Positions 18,701-28,485 of a stretch of 64,000 nt of DNA are shown one piece after another (position 1 is the stretch's first letter; every line of letters starts with the position of its first letter). The translations under genes were made by a program, and so were the position numbers. The notes under the pieces are model-generated. The model was not told the origin of the DNA and made no database searches. It saw nothing but the letters and a program-made list of their open reading frames with translations. The stretch comes from a virus, in IMG/VR virus record IMGVR_UViG_3300045988_082633, one strand, 5' to 3'.

Positions 18701-21700
18701 TTCCTTATTTTCAATAAATTTAGCAAGAAGTTCTTTCTTTCTTTCAGGACTTGTTTTTTCAAATGCTAATTCATATATAATAGCATTTAATTCTTTACTG
18801 TCTTCATTTACTTCATTAAGCCAACGAGAAAATAAAGTTTTAAGTTTGCTATTTATTGTACCTCCAGCTTGAGTTAGAATATCATATTTCCAACCATCAT
18901 TAGTCATTTCATAGGCTCCTGTTTTAGAATTTATAGTAGGGATACTAAGAGTACCAATTGTTCTTCCTTTTGAATCTTTAAGAACAATCTTGTTATTTTC
19001 TCTTGTATATGTAAGTTTATCTCCTTTATTGAGAGCTTCAATAGCTTCTTCAAATTCTTTAATTTCTTTTTGAGAAGAAAGAGAATTACGAAGATCCCAT
19101 ATATTAACTCTTTGAGTAGTAGTATCTGAAAATCTTTCTTGATAACGTTGAGCAGCAGATTTAGCAATATTCTTTTTAAGAGTGTCACTATTTTGAGTTT
19201 CATCTGTAGTGATAAACTTTGTTTTAGCCTCATCTGTATTAAGATATACTTTAAGAGCATCAAACATCATATTAGACATTTGACTATCATTAGATATAGT
19301 ATTTACATATCTAAGAAGGTCTTCAAGATTTATATACTTTTTACCATTATATTCATTGATACCAAGTTCTTTACAAAACTCATTTATCATATTTTTAACA
19401 GCATTAGTATAATCTTCAATAAAAGGATTTCTATTTGTAAGTTCTATAACACTAGATTGTACAACTACATCGTCTATAGAACTTTTCATTGTAGTTTTAG
19501 AAGCTTTACCTTTTTTACGTTCAATAACTCTTTTAATAATAGATAATGATTTATTAACAGCAGCTTCTACAACTTGTCTATCTTGTCCTTTTTTGACTTC
19601 AGCATTTATAATTTCTGTAGCAATAGTATCTAAATCTACATCATTATTTGCTTTAAATTCTCTTTGAAATCTACCAAGACTAGACATACGAATTTCATCT
19701 TCTGTAGTTGTTTCATCAGGAACAACATCATCATATACAGATGTTGTAGATTCTTTAGAAGATTTTTGTTCTTGTGGAACAACTGTTGGAGTAACTGTTG
19801 GAACAGGTTGAGACTCTTCTCCAACTACACCCCCCGTAGAAGGGTTGTTAGATACATTATCCTCAATGTTTTCATTGTTACCTTCTACAGGCTGAGTAAT
19901 TGTTTCTGTATTCTGTTCTGTATTCTGTTCTGTATTCTGTTCTGTAACATCATTTGCACTTTGTGTTATTGTTTGTTCTTCATTTGTTTCAGTATTTTTT
20001 TCTTCATTTGTTTGACTAACTTGTTGTTCTTCTTGTTGAGCAGCTTGATATTCCAAAGTATCAGTATTAACTAATTTACCTTGTTTATATATTTCAAGTT
20101 TACCTTTTTTATTCTTTTTAAGAATAGGCTTTTCTACAACTTCATAAGGACGTGTCAAATCTACTTCATCAGCATTAGAAAAAAATCTATTATCATTAAG
20201 AGCTTTTTTGTCATCTCTTACATCAAGTGTAAAAGTACCATCATTATTGTCATATACTGCTGCACCACCATTATCTGTATTACTATGTCTACTACTAGAT
20301 AGAACACCTTTTGGAAACCAAAATTTAGCATAATAAGTAGGAGTTCGGTTTTCGGTTTTTTGTGGGTCTACTATTGGCTGATTTTCATCAGTTTGCCCTG
20401 TTTCTTGCTCAGTGTTGGCTTGTATTGTTGCTCCTGTAGAATTGTTCACGTCTTGATTTATCGTGTCTGCATTCGCTTCTAAATTTGTGGTGTTTTCCTC
20501 ACCTTTTTCATTATCATCAGCACTATCTCTACTAGCTTCAATAGCATCATATCGTCTAAACATCATTTCAAGTTGAACGCCAAGATATTTGTTATATGAT
20601 TTACTTAAAGCAAGAACTTTAAGTGCATCATATAAATCTCTACGTTCATTTTCAGAAAGAGTATCAATATTGTCATTTTCATTTCTATAACGTTTAGATA
20701 TATAATTTTCTACAGCATTACCATATTTTTTATAAAGAGATAATATAGTTTTATTTGCTTGTTCTATAGCTGTAACACGAGCTTCACTCATAGTGTTATG
20801 AAGCATATTAGCATAGCTTTTAACTTCATCTACAGTACGAACAATTTCAGAATTTAACATTTTACTTGAAAGTTCTGTAGCAGCACGAACAGCATATAAG
20901 TCATTAAGCTCTGGACTTATTTGTTTAAGAGCAGAAAAACTACTTCCTGCATCTTGCTCAAGAACTTTATATCTTTGCAATTCTTCATCATTAAGAACAG
21001 TTTTAGCTCTATCTGATAAATCAAGACTAGTTAAACTTTCAAATGTTTTACCAGACATATCTTCTGTTCTATTTATAATTTGTTTATCTCTATATTCAAA
21101 ATAGTCAGAAGTGTCATCAGTTGTATATTTTCCATCTTCTCCTTTAGTATATCTAAGAGCTAAAGAAGTAGCAAATACTAGTTCTTCATTTGATAATTCA
21201 TCTTCAAGAGTTTTTATCTTTTTATTTATATTTTCAAGAGAAATAGTTTTACTAATACTATCTTTTTGACTTGTAACTTCTCGTTTTTCAGCATAAAGTT
21301 TACCAAGTTCTGAAGATATAAGACCTACTTTAATATTTTTTGCATGATTTATATTAGGATCTAATTTATCTCTAAATTGATCTTCAAGTTGAGAAATTCT
21401 AGTATTAGTTCCTGCAAGAGACAAATTATTTTGTTTAAGAGCTAATCGTGTATGAACATTATTATTAGCCATAATTTGCATATATTCAGCTAATACATCA
21501 TTTCCTACACGAGAAGAAGCATAGTCTATAGCTGTAAGTTCTTCTTCATACATATTTGCAATTTCATCCATACGACGAACAGCAGAATCTATATATTCTT
21601 TAGATTCTGCTTCAATATCAGAAGCACTTTTGCCATTTTCTTCGGCATTTCCAAATACTCCACTTTCTATTAAATTTTTACGAACATTATCATTTTGAAG

Positions 21701-23530
21701 AAAAGCTTTAAGCATATCGTAATTACCGCTATTCATTGCTCTAAGAGTCATACTAGCAATAAATTCGTCTTTAAGTTTTTCTCTAGCAATATCAGCTTCT
21801 TCCTTTGAATTAAATTTTACTTCATTATTTTCAGTAGAATTATAAATATCAACACCTGAATTTATTTTATCAAGTTGTGCTTTATAAGTTGCAAAATCTG
21901 TAGCACGAGCTTCTATTTCTGATATACGTCTTTGATTTTCAGGAAGTTCATCAAGTTGATACCAAGGAGTTGATTTTTTAGCTTTTTCGTCAGCTTCAGA
22001 TTTTTCAAATTTTTGACGTATTCTTCTAAGTTTACTACCTCCATATTGAAAAACTACACCACCAAGTACACCCCAAAATGCAGCATCATGTAATTCTGGA
22101 GCTAGAAGATAAGAATGTAGTCTTCCATCAAAACCATTACGTATGTTTTCCCAAACTCCTTTATTTTCTCCTTTCTCGCTACCAAGTAAGACACGACCAA
22201 ATCTCATACCTTCTTCTGTAGCAATGTAGTTAAGAGCTTCTTCAGCACCTTCACTTAATTCAGAGCCAATAATAAGTTTAGAACCATAAAGTTTATCACT
22301 AGTCCATTCACCTGCTTTTTCTATAAAAGAACGTTGAGATTTAAGTTTAGCAATTTCTTCAGGTTTTTTTCCAAAATATTTTATAGCATCTTTTTCAGCA
22401 CGTCTTACAGCAGATGGTGTTCCATTAGCATTTTTTAAACCTTTCCAAGCATTTCTAAGTCCATACATTTCTATTACATCCCAACCTACATTATACCAAT
22501 CAAGTTGGAATGTTCTATCAGCAGCAGAACTTGAAACATATTTAGCAACACTATCTTTATCTGTTATATCTACTCCTGCTTTTTCCAAACTTTCTTTATT
22601 TTGTTCTATAAAAGCTTTATAATTATCATCATCTTTAAGATATTCAGAAGCCTCAACATACATATCATTATATGTTTGTCTAGCTTCTTGATAATTTTCC
22701 ATTGCTCTACTAAGAGCAGCAGTTGTTGCATTTTCTAAAAATAAAGAAGTTTGTTTAGCTGTACTAGCACTAGTAAGAAATCTTTGTACATCATTTAATT
22801 TAGTAGCTTTAGCAATATCTTCTGCACTTTTACCTGCTTTTCTTAGAGCTTCTGCTTTTTTCATTTTACTATTAACACCACTAATAGCTCTTACAGCATT
22901 TCTAGTTCTAGAACTTATTTTACCAAGTTTTCCAAGATATGAAATACCTCTTGTAATACCAGTACTAGGTATAAGAAGTGTTAGTGAACTAACAATACTT
23001 GGAATATTGCTAGCCCACCATCCTGGATCAAGTAATCCACCATTACTTATATGTAAATTTGGATCACTATAAATAGGTGCAAAATTACGAAATTCTTCTT
23101 GTTTTTCTTCAAGAAATTTACTAACAGGATTAGAATAATCCCCATCAGAAAGACCTATACCTTGACCAATTAAATCAAATAAATCACTAAAACCTTTTAC
23201 TGTTCCAATAGCAAATTCAGAAACTACAGCTTGAGCAAGAGCATTACCAAATTTAGCAAATGTTCCTTGTTGTTCTGCAAGTTGTGAATCAAGATTTTCC
23301 CAAGGATTCCAATTCATACCTTCTGCTCTATATTTATCAGCAGTTTTAGAATCAATAGAATATTGATTTATTTCATCTGCTACAGCCATATTTATAGCAG
23401 CATCATTATCAGGCTCTAAATCCTGAACAGTAATACTTCTAGATTGTATATTCTTTTTAGATTTAGAGTTAAAAAGAGGATTTGAAACTTCTTTTTTACC
23501 TCCTTTATTTATAAAATCAAGTACATCCAT
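15737..23530 (-). CDS. polyvalent virion protein, 2597 aa: zincin-like HExxH metallopeptidase motif plus C-terminal H-Y-E (PARP-like) ADP-ribosyltransferase-like domain
   Basis: AIRKLIHEQLHYKL contains HEQLH (encoded at 17195-17209). The C-terminus has LVVYHGGSNTKIF, DIGTYFSTSKQDAKRY and RKIEEYVAFNPNQIKS. These parallel the PARP catalytic signature H-G-S/T, G-x-Y-F-A...S-K-S-x-x-Y and Y-x-E-Y-I-V-Y-x-x-x-Q. Long acidic, Asn- and Gln-rich linkers separate the parts. It carries motif copies 6 and 7 and a 12-nt tandem repeat. Confidence 0.6.
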   Translation of the reverse strand: MDVLDFINKGGKKEVSNPLFNSKSKKNIQSRSITVQDLEPDNDAAINMAVADEINQYSIDSKTADKYRAEGMNWNPWENLDSQLAEQQGTFAKFGNALAQAVVSEFAIGTVKGFSDLFDLIGQGIGLSDGDYSNPVSKFLEEKQEEFRNFAPIYSDPNLHISNGGLLDPGWWASNIPSIVSSLTLLIPSTGITRGISYLGKLGKISSRTRNAVRAISGVNSKMKKAEALRKAGKSAEDIAKATKLNDVQRFLTSASTAKQTSLFLENATTAALSRAMENYQEARQTYNDMYVEASEYLKDDDNYKAFIEQNKESLEKAGVDITDKDSVAKYVSSSAADRTFQLDWYNVGWDVIEMYGLRNAWKGLKNANGTPSAVRRAEKDAIKYFGKKPEEIAKLKSQRSFIEKAGEWTSDKLYGSKLIIGSELSEGAEEALNYIATEEGMRFGRVLLGSEKGENKGVWENIRNGFDGRLHSYLLAPELHDAAFWGVLGGVVFQYGGSKLRRIRQKFEKSEADEKAKKSTPWYQLDELPENQRRISEIEARATDFATYKAQLDKINSGVDIYNSTENNEVKFNSKEEADIAREKLKDEFIASMTLRAMNSGNYDMLKAFLQNDNVRKNLIESGVFGNAEENGKSASDIEAESKEYIDSAVRRMDEIANMYEEELTAIDYASSRVGNDVLAEYMQIMANNNVHTRLALKQNNLSLAGTNTRISQLEDQFRDKLDPNINHAKNIKVGLISSELGKLYAEKREVTSQKDSISKTISLENINKKIKTLEDELSNEELVFATSLALRYTKGEDGKYTTDDTSDYFEYRDKQIINRTEDMSGKTFESLTSLDLSDRAKTVLNDEELQRYKVLEQDAGSSFSALKQISPELNDLYAVRAATELSSKMLNSEIVRTVDEVKSYANMLHNTMSEARVTAIEQANKTILSLYKKYGNAVENYISKRYRNENDNIDTLSENERRDLYDALKVLALSKSYNKYLGVQLEMMFRRYDAIEASRDSADDNEKGEENTTNLEANADTINQDVNNSTGATIQANTEQETGQTDENQPIVDPQKTENRTPTYYAKFWFPKGVLSSSRHSNTDNGGAAVYDNNDGTFTLDVRDDKKALNDNRFFSNADEVDLTRPYEVVEKPILKKNKKGKLEIYKQGKLVNTDTLEYQAAQQEEQQVSQTNEEKNTETNEEQTITQSANDVTEQNTEQNTEQNTETITQPVEGNNENIEDNVSNNPSTGGVVGEESQPVPTVTPTVVPQEQKSSKESTTSVYDDVVPDETTTEDEIRMSSLGRFQREFKANNDVDLDTIATEIINAEVKKGQDRQVVEAAVNKSLSIIKRVIERKKGKASKTTMKSSIDDVVVQSSVIELTNRNPFIEDYTNAVKNMINEFCKELGINEYNGKKYINLEDLLRYVNTISNDSQMSNMMFDALKVYLNTDEAKTKFITTDETQNSDTLKKNIAKSAAQRYQERFSDTTTQRVNIWDLRNSLSSQKEIKEFEEAIEALNKGDKLTYTRENNKIVLKDSKGRTIGTLSIPTINSKTGAYEMTNDGWKYDILTQAGGTINSKLKTLFSRWLNEVNEDSKELNAIIYELAFEKTSPERKKELLAKFIENKEIKAAKAQGFIDVTAGSEKLINGLVKLWKYKNYTDGDVTSSKNRRIERSLNSWFSKLRNSYDGVNYLVNNNDGEIEVANISDGEIIRASETNGREVALPANKAIAGGVNPGVHKLAISSRTPNTLTVSGMPSINFSGVGKMNTFVLLPNRNGSYEYVQAYPAEITDDYIGKEAKEIIEAIQNKVLELLDNHSKNPTQESFNEVKEFIKSVLSNHNGNSSLFWNLRLFEQGNTFGISLNNETKIVINAKDENVDISKSEYKPNIKGYKQKRMKLGTQQANEAITELLNNLRFNLNPTYIASDNATNTILNGIAKRRKGKFEITIGDKTWSYDSYNAFILNNNLVRLNTKPNERGTSNFNPRGSRTQSANQVLEIRINNVITSPVEDIVEQQPVEPVIPNVHNISIPEKAIAILNGTQQSNHVGNDIAALVFNGKQLKALKDLELLPENLIFDENFNNKQGYETINAEYNNNTKKITVGPRWLEMFNNPITRNQAIRKLIHEQLHYKLSKNKGYVRSVQSIYDEFKEYLDKNNVPKDAHIRAYLFENESTQLRALEEFLVESLTSEELAKYLNSIETSVPTKRGAKNLWQKILQTLSDIFGWNVTKGSLYEKELNTIRELKLSSETVEQNTETQTDNNETNVEQEDNNDVNLQENTKTDEENNKTNEEKIEVQDEEDEEAEETKEGNDDFVDISDRLMGIFSSVTEQPISQTESTYTKEEQDILSRAPRNAKGQLLAPNGKVSNLDERQYAQVRTKAFKDWFGDWENNPNKASKVVDENGEPLVVYHGGSNTKIFNTKGGAFGAGIKKGDIGTYFSTSKQDAKRYEEIYNFKSGEKWITLSELANSGEMSEEDIKALNEAWEIERPNTRAFFLNIKNPKVTNYIGNNLDGYDKKDSNVNENNDGQHIIVTGRKIEEYVAFNPNQIKSATDNTGAFSNEDDDIRHSSVTEERITLIPNVPSIASISDMLPLAQQPKFDALVASAELETSCQ
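17547..17568 (+). repeat. GC-rich dispersed motif, copy 6 (GGGGGAGGTA family)
   Basis: Plus strand atatcctCTACGGGGGAGGTAa. It lies inside the 2597-aa ORF and is read T-S-P-V-E-D. Confidence 0.9.
19823..19848 (-). repeat. GC-rich dispersed motif, copy 7 (GGGGGGTGTAGTT family)
   Basis: Plus strand aactacaCCCCCCGTAGaagggttgt. It lies inside the 2597-aa ORF and is read N-N-P-S-T-G-G-V-V. All 26 nt are identical to copy 10. Confidence 0.95.
19904..19946. repeat. 12-nt tandem repeat (TTCTGTATTCTG x3.6) inside the polyvalent gene
   Basis: Units lie at 19904-19915, 19916-19927 and 19928-19939, with a partial unit to 19946. On the minus strand this encodes TEQNTEQNTEQNTE. Confidence 0.9.
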
Positions 23531-23532
23531 AA

Positions 23533-25317
23533 TTAATCATTATTTATAATTGCAGCCATAATTTTGTCATAAATATCAAACACATCTTGATATTTATAAT
23601 AAAGTTGATATTGCATCTTAGAAGCATATTTATCAGCAACTGTAGCTCCAGCTCCTTTTTTATTAAATATATCTTTTATTGTAACGCTATCACCAAAGGA
23701 CACTTCTGGATGAAGTTCATTAGCTGCTTTTACAGCTATAGCACGAGCCATATTTTCATAACCAACTTCATTATACATTGTACCTTCTTTATTGATAAAT
23801 TGATATTTAAGATTATTAACAGCATCTTCAATAATCATGCTTTTGTTAATTGCAGTTGTTGCTTCATTTTTATCTATTTCTTGTCCGTTACACCAAAATC
23901 TACCATCCATAGAAGAATAAATTTCTTGACCATCAGTTGTTTTAAAACTATAACCATAATCTTGCATTGAATTTATTTCTTGAACAGCACGAGAAGAAGT
24001 ATTTCTATTTATTTTTTCTTGTGCAAGTTCAGACATAAATCCAGGAATAAATACTTGCCTACGACGACGTTTAACTTCATTTCTATCGTCATCATCTGTT
24101 ATATTTTTAGAATCTACTTCATCTGCATCTATTGTAACAAGTGTTCCTATTTGTCCATTTGATATCATAGCATTAAAATGAAGACTTTTAGGATTAGCAG
24201 CAGTTATACTTTGAATTATTTCAGAACGTTGTTTATTATCTAATGAAACTAATGTTTCATCTGTTGATTCGTCATTATAAGCATTACTAAACATTTCATA
24301 GTTGCCACTACCTAAACTTCTAATAGCTTGGTCTAATATACTATCAACACTTTTTCTTTGTTGATTATATTCTTGTTGAGTTATTTGACCTGTAGCAAGC
24401 ATTTGATTTAGCTGTTCAAAATTATCATCAAGAGATGGGCCAATAGTAGAAGAATAATCTTTTTCCGCCATATTTAATGCACTAAAAGCTTCTGTTTTAG
24501 CTTCATCAGCATCAGTAATCATATTGCGCATTTCACTCCAACTTTTACTTCTTAAAAGGGATGTATCTTTTATTTCTTTTCCGTCTGCTGTGTACCCTTT
24601 AAGTTCAATATCATAGTCACTACCTCTACTTATATCTCCTCCTGTTGTTGAAGGAATAGCATTATAAATTATTTTATTTGCTAAAGGATTAGACTTATCA
24701 AATTTAATTGTAGTATATCCATCTTTATGTGTTATTTCTACTCCAGCAGATTTAAGTGCAGCCTCATTAAGTCCACTATTGACATAAAAAGCTTCTACAC
24801 TTCGTTCAGTATTATCTTTAGCTAACCAATCTATACCAAATAGCGTTTGCTTTTCTGGAGCAAAAGTAAAAGATATAGCAGTAGCTTCTTTATCTATTTC
24901 GTCACTATATCCTATTAATCCTTTTTTATGTGTACTCCCTAAATGCTGTTTAAAAATACCAAATTGTTTAACATAAGGATTATCTGAAAGTCGATCAAGC
25001 CCACCATCAACAAATACGTTGTCTAAAAATGATATTTTATTAAGTTTGTCTGTATCATCTATTCTACCATAGACAGCAGCCATTTTACGACCTTCTCTAC
25101 GAAGATTTAGAATATCATTTTCATGTGCTCGTTGAGTAACAGGGTCATCAAAATGATAACTAGAAGCATAATCTGCTGCATCTTGATATTGTCTATTTGC
25201 TATAAGTTGTTGAAAATGACTATTATCAAATTTATATTTATTCATACTATCCCCTTGTGGAATAGCAGATTTATTAGTTGGGTCATAATATGAATAATTA
25301 CCAAAAGATATTTTCAT
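23533..25317 (-). CDS. tail or cargo module protein, function unknown (594 aa)
   Basis: Long ORF with 2 nt between its stop and the next gene start, co-directional with its neighbours. I recognise no motif. Confidence 0.7.
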   Translation of the reverse strand: MKISFGNYSYYDPTNKSAIPQGDSMNKYKFDNSHFQQLIANRQYQDAADYASSYHFDDPVTQRAHENDILNLRREGRKMAAVYGRIDDTDKLNKISFLDNVFVDGGLDRLSDNPYVKQFGIFKQHLGSTHKKGLIGYSDEIDKEATAISFTFAPEKQTLFGIDWLAKDNTERSVEAFYVNSGLNEAALKSAGVEITHKDGYTTIKFDKSNPLANKIIYNAIPSTTGGDISRGSDYDIELKGYTADGKEIKDTSLLRSKSWSEMRNMITDADEAKTEAFSALNMAEKDYSSTIGPSLDDNFEQLNQMLATGQITQQEYNQQRKSVDSILDQAIRSLGSGNYEMFSNAYNDESTDETLVSLDNKQRSEIIQSITAANPKSLHFNAMISNGQIGTLVTIDADEVDSKNITDDDDRNEVKRRRRQVFIPGFMSELAQEKINRNTSSRAVQEINSMQDYGYSFKTTDGQEIYSSMDGRFWCNGQEIDKNEATTAINKSMIIEDAVNNLKYQFINKEGTMYNEVGYENMARAIAVKAANELHPEVSFGDSVTIKDIFNKKGAGATVADKYASKMQYQLYYKYQDVFDIYDKIMAAIINND

Positions 25318-25338
25318 AATTTCATTATTTTTAAGTTA

Positions 25339-26550
25339 TTATTTTGGTTGCTGTTGCTGTTGTGATTGTGGTTGTTTGCTAAATCTAAAACTAATTTTAT
25401 CCGCAGACTGTCCAAGAATACCGAAATTATAAGTTCCGTTAAATCTTACAGGAGCACCTTTCCAAAATCCTGTATTTCGATTATAAGGAACACCTGTTCC
25501 AATACTTCCTCTAACACCAGAACCAGCACTTTGATAATCATTGCTTTTAAAATTTTCATTTCCACTAGTTGTCCATTTATATGCTAATGTATGTGCGTAT
25601 CTATTATTAGTAACCATTCTAGCATAATATTCTTTATAACTAATAGGAGCTTGATTTTTATACATGAGTTCTTTACGAACATCTAATTGATCTTTTATTA
25701 TAGTCTTATTTGGATCATCATCAGCAAGATTATCATATTGTTTTTGAAGTCTTTCCAAATCAAATCTTGCAACATTATATGCTTGTTCTGCTTGACGATA
25801 ACCATCAGGTGCTGAACTAAGAAGTTCATCGATATTTTCAAGAATATCTTCTACAGTAATTTCTTCTGTACTATTACTCCTACTCCATTTATTTCCATCG
25901 CCTGTACCATCTATATTTGTAGTACTATGTCCTCCACCTCTTGTAGTAGAACCTTTTTTAGGAGTTATAAGTTTATAAGCAGTAGCTGCATGTTCAGCCC
26001 AACTTAAATCTTTAACTGGTGTTGATTCTGCTTTCCAAGGAGAACCTTCAATATAATTACCTGAAGCATCTGTATTATCAGTATAAGAATATTTATTATT
26101 CTTAACCCACCAATCAAACGTATTTTGACTGATTTCTCCTCTATCTCTACGAGCTTGTTGTGTTTGTAATTCTTTTTCATACGCATCTTGTGCTCTCATT
26201 CTACCAAGAATACGAGGGTCTTGAAGTACAGAACTAGCTAATGAAGTAGCATTACGAATAGCAGCACCATAATCTCCAGAATCAATACTTGATTGAACTT
26301 GATTTTTAATATTACTTTTATATCCTTCAAACCATTCAGCTTCAGAAGGATTAAGTTTTGTTTCAATTTCACCAAGTGTTCTATCAATAGCAGCTTTATT
26401 TTGAGCTGCTTCTTTCATACGAGCTTCTTTTTGAGCTAAAGACCTTTCGAGAAAACCCATATCAGCAGCATGGTATTCATATTGTGATGGAGTAAAAACA
26501 ACAGGATTAAGTTGTGCTGTTTTAAGACTCATTGTAGGTATATTTGGCAT
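25339..26550 (-). CDS. tail or cargo module protein, function unknown (403 aa)
   Basis: Long ORF tightly packed with its neighbours. The N-terminal half looks coiled-coil and the protein ends in a poly-Gln run (QPQSQQQQQPK). Confidence 0.7.
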   Translation of the reverse strand: MPNIPTMSLKTAQLNPVVFTPSQYEYHAADMGFLERSLAQKEARMKEAAQNKAAIDRTLGEIETKLNPSEAEWFEGYKSNIKNQVQSSIDSGDYGAAIRNATSLASSVLQDPRILGRMRAQDAYEKELQTQQARRDRGEISQNTFDWWVKNNKYSYTDNTDASGNYIEGSPWKAESTPVKDLSWAEHAATAYKLITPKKGSTTRGGGHSTTNIDGTGDGNKWSRSNSTEEITVEDILENIDELLSSAPDGYRQAEQAYNVARFDLERLQKQYDNLADDDPNKTIIKDQLDVRKELMYKNQAPISYKEYYARMVTNNRYAHTLAYKWTTSGNENFKSNDYQSAGSGVRGSIGTGVPYNRNTGFWKGAPVRFNGTYNFGILGQSADKISFRFSKQPQSQQQQQPK

Positions 26551-26562
26551 AATTGTTATAAT

Positions 26563-28476
26563 TTAAGAAAAGTTATAAGCAGAAGCTAATTCATTAGCAT
26601 ATTGTTTAAGATTACTATTAGAACTGTTTTTCCAAGTGTTCCAAAGATTGTATGCTTGTCGTTTATTACCTGCTGTTTTTGTATTTGCTATAAGATAATC
26701 AACTTTATTTCTACTATCAGCATTAATTAATATATTTTCTCTATTTGCTCTTTCAGTCATAAGACCATTAGCTACAGAAGTGAAGCCTTGTGTAGAAGCA
26801 GATAAAGCAGAACTAAAAGCATTAGCTCCAGTTTGTAGTCCTTGTGCTTTAGCAATACTAGATTGAGTAATAGCATCAGCATTAGCTTGTCCTATACCAG
26901 CAATCTTTTGATTTTCAATATCATTATTATACTGAAGTAACGATAAACGAGCAGCATTATATCTTTCATTTGCTTGAGCATCACGATTTGCATTTTCATT
27001 TGCAACTTGTGTAATACGTTGTGCATTTTCTTGTTTAATACTTTCACGAATTCTATTTGCTTCAGACTCAATCCTATTTATATTGTCGTTATATTCTGTT
27101 TCAGCAAGAGTCATTCTATCTTGTGCAGCAGCACCACTCATACTATATCTTTTAGAATTAGTAAGTCTACGTTGCAAAGCTCTATCTTCAGCCGCAGTTT
27201 GAGCATTAGTGTTGACTATTGCTGCACGAATAGCAGGCATTGAATGAACAGCAACATAATCATTTTTGTTAATAAGATTCATATCAATACCGTGCATTTG
27301 TCTATAAGCATCTGCAAGAACACCAGCAGCTTGCATATTAGCATCAGCCATAAGATTAGCAGCTCTTTTACTTCCATCTTGTATAATCCAAGCTCCACCT
27401 AAATTACCTAACGCATTTATACCTGCACCTGCCCAATTACTCCAAGCACCTGCTTCAGCCTTATGTCGTCCACCACAAGCTAGTTTTTTACGAACAGAAG
27501 TACCATTTTTAGCTTTATTATCTTTGCTATACATGTCATTAATAGAACCGTATGCTACTCCTGTAGCAATAGGTGCCATTCCATCTCTACTTAAATCAGG
27601 AACTTGAGTAGCAAAAGGAGAATTATTATAAGTTAGCCCTCCAATCATACGTTTATTTGTTTTACCACTGTCAGATATACCATTAGCATTTTTAATTTGT
27701 TCTTGCATCATAAATGCCATAAGAGGATTCATTCCATTATTCACAGCTTTAGCTGGATTAAATCCTTTAATAGAATGTCTACTAATAAACATAGCGTCAG
27801 TAGGAGTTACTAAAACATATTCTCCTTGATTTCCATTTTGATTACCTTCACCTTCAATAACTTTTCCATTAGCAAATTTAAAACCAACTCCAGTTTTATG
27901 TTTACCAGATTTAGTTTTATGATAATGTTCGTGATCGTTACCTTTTATTTCGTACATATCAAAACCTTCAGGAGTAACACCAACAGGTACTACTCCTCCA
28001 CCATCAGTAACAACAAAAGGCATATTAGTTGGACTATAGCTCCCCCGTAGAAGAGTGTCATCTTGTCCATTAGTTGATTTCATACTCATTCTACCACCAT
28101 TACGAACTTGTATTTTCGCAGCATCAAGTCTATCATTTACATTTTGTTGACCTGTAAGCATTTGAAGATTAAGCTGAATATCTTTTTGAAGTTCACGATT
28201 TTCAGCATTTTGTTCTTTAGTAAATTCAATAGAGTGTTCTTGTAATTCTTTAGATTTATTTGTTTGATCTTTAAGAGCATTTGCTTGTCTTGTAGCAGCA
28301 TTAATTGTAGCTTGAGCTTGCTGTTTAGCAGCATCACTAGTGGCTTTACTACTTATTCCAGCAGCAGCCATTTGTCCTGCTACATTTATTGCAGCAGCAC
28401 CAAGAATGGCAGCTTCTTGTGAACCAAAAGGAGCTTTTGGCCTACTATTTATAGTTTTTAATTTACGTCTTACCAT
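26563..28476 (-). CDS. tail or cargo module protein, function unknown (637 aa)
   Basis: Long ORF with Ala/Gln/Asn-rich helical segments at both ends and a central Gly/His-rich segment (GNDHEHYHKTKSGKHK). It carries motif copy 8. Confidence 0.7.
   Translation of the reverse strand: MVRRKLKTINSRPKAPFGSQEAAILGAAAINVAGQMAAAGISSKATSDAAKQQAQATINAATRQANALKDQTNKSKELQEHSIEFTKEQNAENRELQKDIQLNLQMLTGQQNVNDRLDAAKIQVRNGGRMSMKSTNGQDDTLLRGSYSPTNMPFVVTDGGGVVPVGVTPEGFDMYEIKGNDHEHYHKTKSGKHKTGVGFKFANGKVIEGEGNQNGNQGEYVLVTPTDAMFISRHSIKGFNPAKAVNNGMNPLMAFMMQEQIKNANGISDSGKTNKRMIGGLTYNNSPFATQVPDLSRDGMAPIATGVAYGSINDMYSKDNKAKNGTSVRKKLACGGRHKAEAGAWSNWAGAGINALGNLGGAWIIQDGSKRAANLMADANMQAAGVLADAYRQMHGIDMNLINKNDYVAVHSMPAIRAAIVNTNAQTAAEDRALQRRLTNSKRYSMSGAAAQDRMTLAETEYNDNINRIESEANRIRESIKQENAQRITQVANENANRDAQANERYNAARLSLLQYNNDIENQKIAGIGQANADAITQSSIAKAQGLQTGANAFSSALSASTQGFTSVANGLMTERANRENILINADSRNKVDYLIANTKTAGNKRQAYNLWNTWKNSSNSNLKQYANELASAYNFS
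28037..28059 (-). repeat. GC-rich dispersed motif, copy 8 (GGGGGAGCTA family)
   Basis: Plus strand TAGCTCCCCCGTAGaagagtgtc. It lies inside the 637-aa ORF and is read D-T-L-L-R-G-S-Y. Confidence 0.9.
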
Positions 28477-28485
28477 AATATTGTT

